Part shown: piece by piece, positions 63,609 through 64,000 of the stretch
How positions within the stretch are numbered: the stretch's first letter is position 1
Layout: each line of letters starts with the position of its first letter
Assembly (NCBI GenBank): GCA_964016885.1
Contig: OZ024740.1
Location: 209,870,001 to 209,934,000 of the forward strand
Length of the DNA stretch: 64,000 nt
Source of the DNA: Eledone cirrhosa
Lineage: Eukaryota
Direction of reading: 5' to 3'
Program-made: the position numbers and the translations under genes
Notes under the pieces: model-generated
Told to the model about the DNA's origin: nothing
Seen by the model: only the letters and a program-made list of their open reading frames with translations
The model's database searches: none

Positions 63609-64000
63609 AGATAATAGTCCTTAAACAGTATGGCTGGGTGTGATTGAAGAGAAGGGTGCACAAAGAAAGACACAAAGAAGTATTTAATTTATGTCAATTC
63701 CTCCTATTTATAGAGTGGTAATCAATTCTAAATTTGAATAAACATCTTGTTTCCTCTTCAATAAACTTTCAGCTCTTTAACAAAACACGTGGGAGGTAGA
63801 AAGTATGTTACATAACCATGGCTATCTTAGACGTAGGCTTCAGAAGGAAATTAGTAGGTTATAAAGATTAAAGAAAAACACTGGAATAACAATATAAAAA
63901 CAAACGAAAAGACACAACTGAAGACTATTATATATATATATATATAAACATCACCATATATATGCTATACTGAAACAAATGTTTTCCAGAGACTTATCAA

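Overview
AT-rich, repeat-saturated animal DNA. The SINE families and very long (TA)n arrays suggest a cephalopod, probably octopus (inference). There is no complete host gene; the window reads as intron or intergenic sequence. It holds one candidate minus-strand 5'UTR/start exon (2619-2859) and a candidate recursive splice site about 30 kb upstream of it. All recognisable protein-coding sequence is transposon-derived: two 5'-truncated RTE LINEs, a Penelope-like element (RT + GIY-YIG) with an inverted pseudo-LTR, a Tx1/L1 3' fragment, and CRE-, Dong/R4- and CR1/L2-like C-terminal remnants. Also present are two tRNA-derived SINE families, piggyBac- and mariner-type MITEs, and 77-bp and 29-bp satellites. 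The most unusual structures are (i) ORF-less ~0.5-kb units with terminal direct repeats and type I hammerhead ribozymes embedded in (TA)n, which resemble retrozymes; (ii) a composite Helitron with two 5' ends and STPR-like 23-aa repeats inserted at A|T in a Penelope ORF; (iii) a 77-bp satellite amplified in place from an RTE ORF end; and (iv) SINE tails that match an RTE 3'UTR in the same window. All alignments and folds were done by eye, and boundaries are approximate unless stated.
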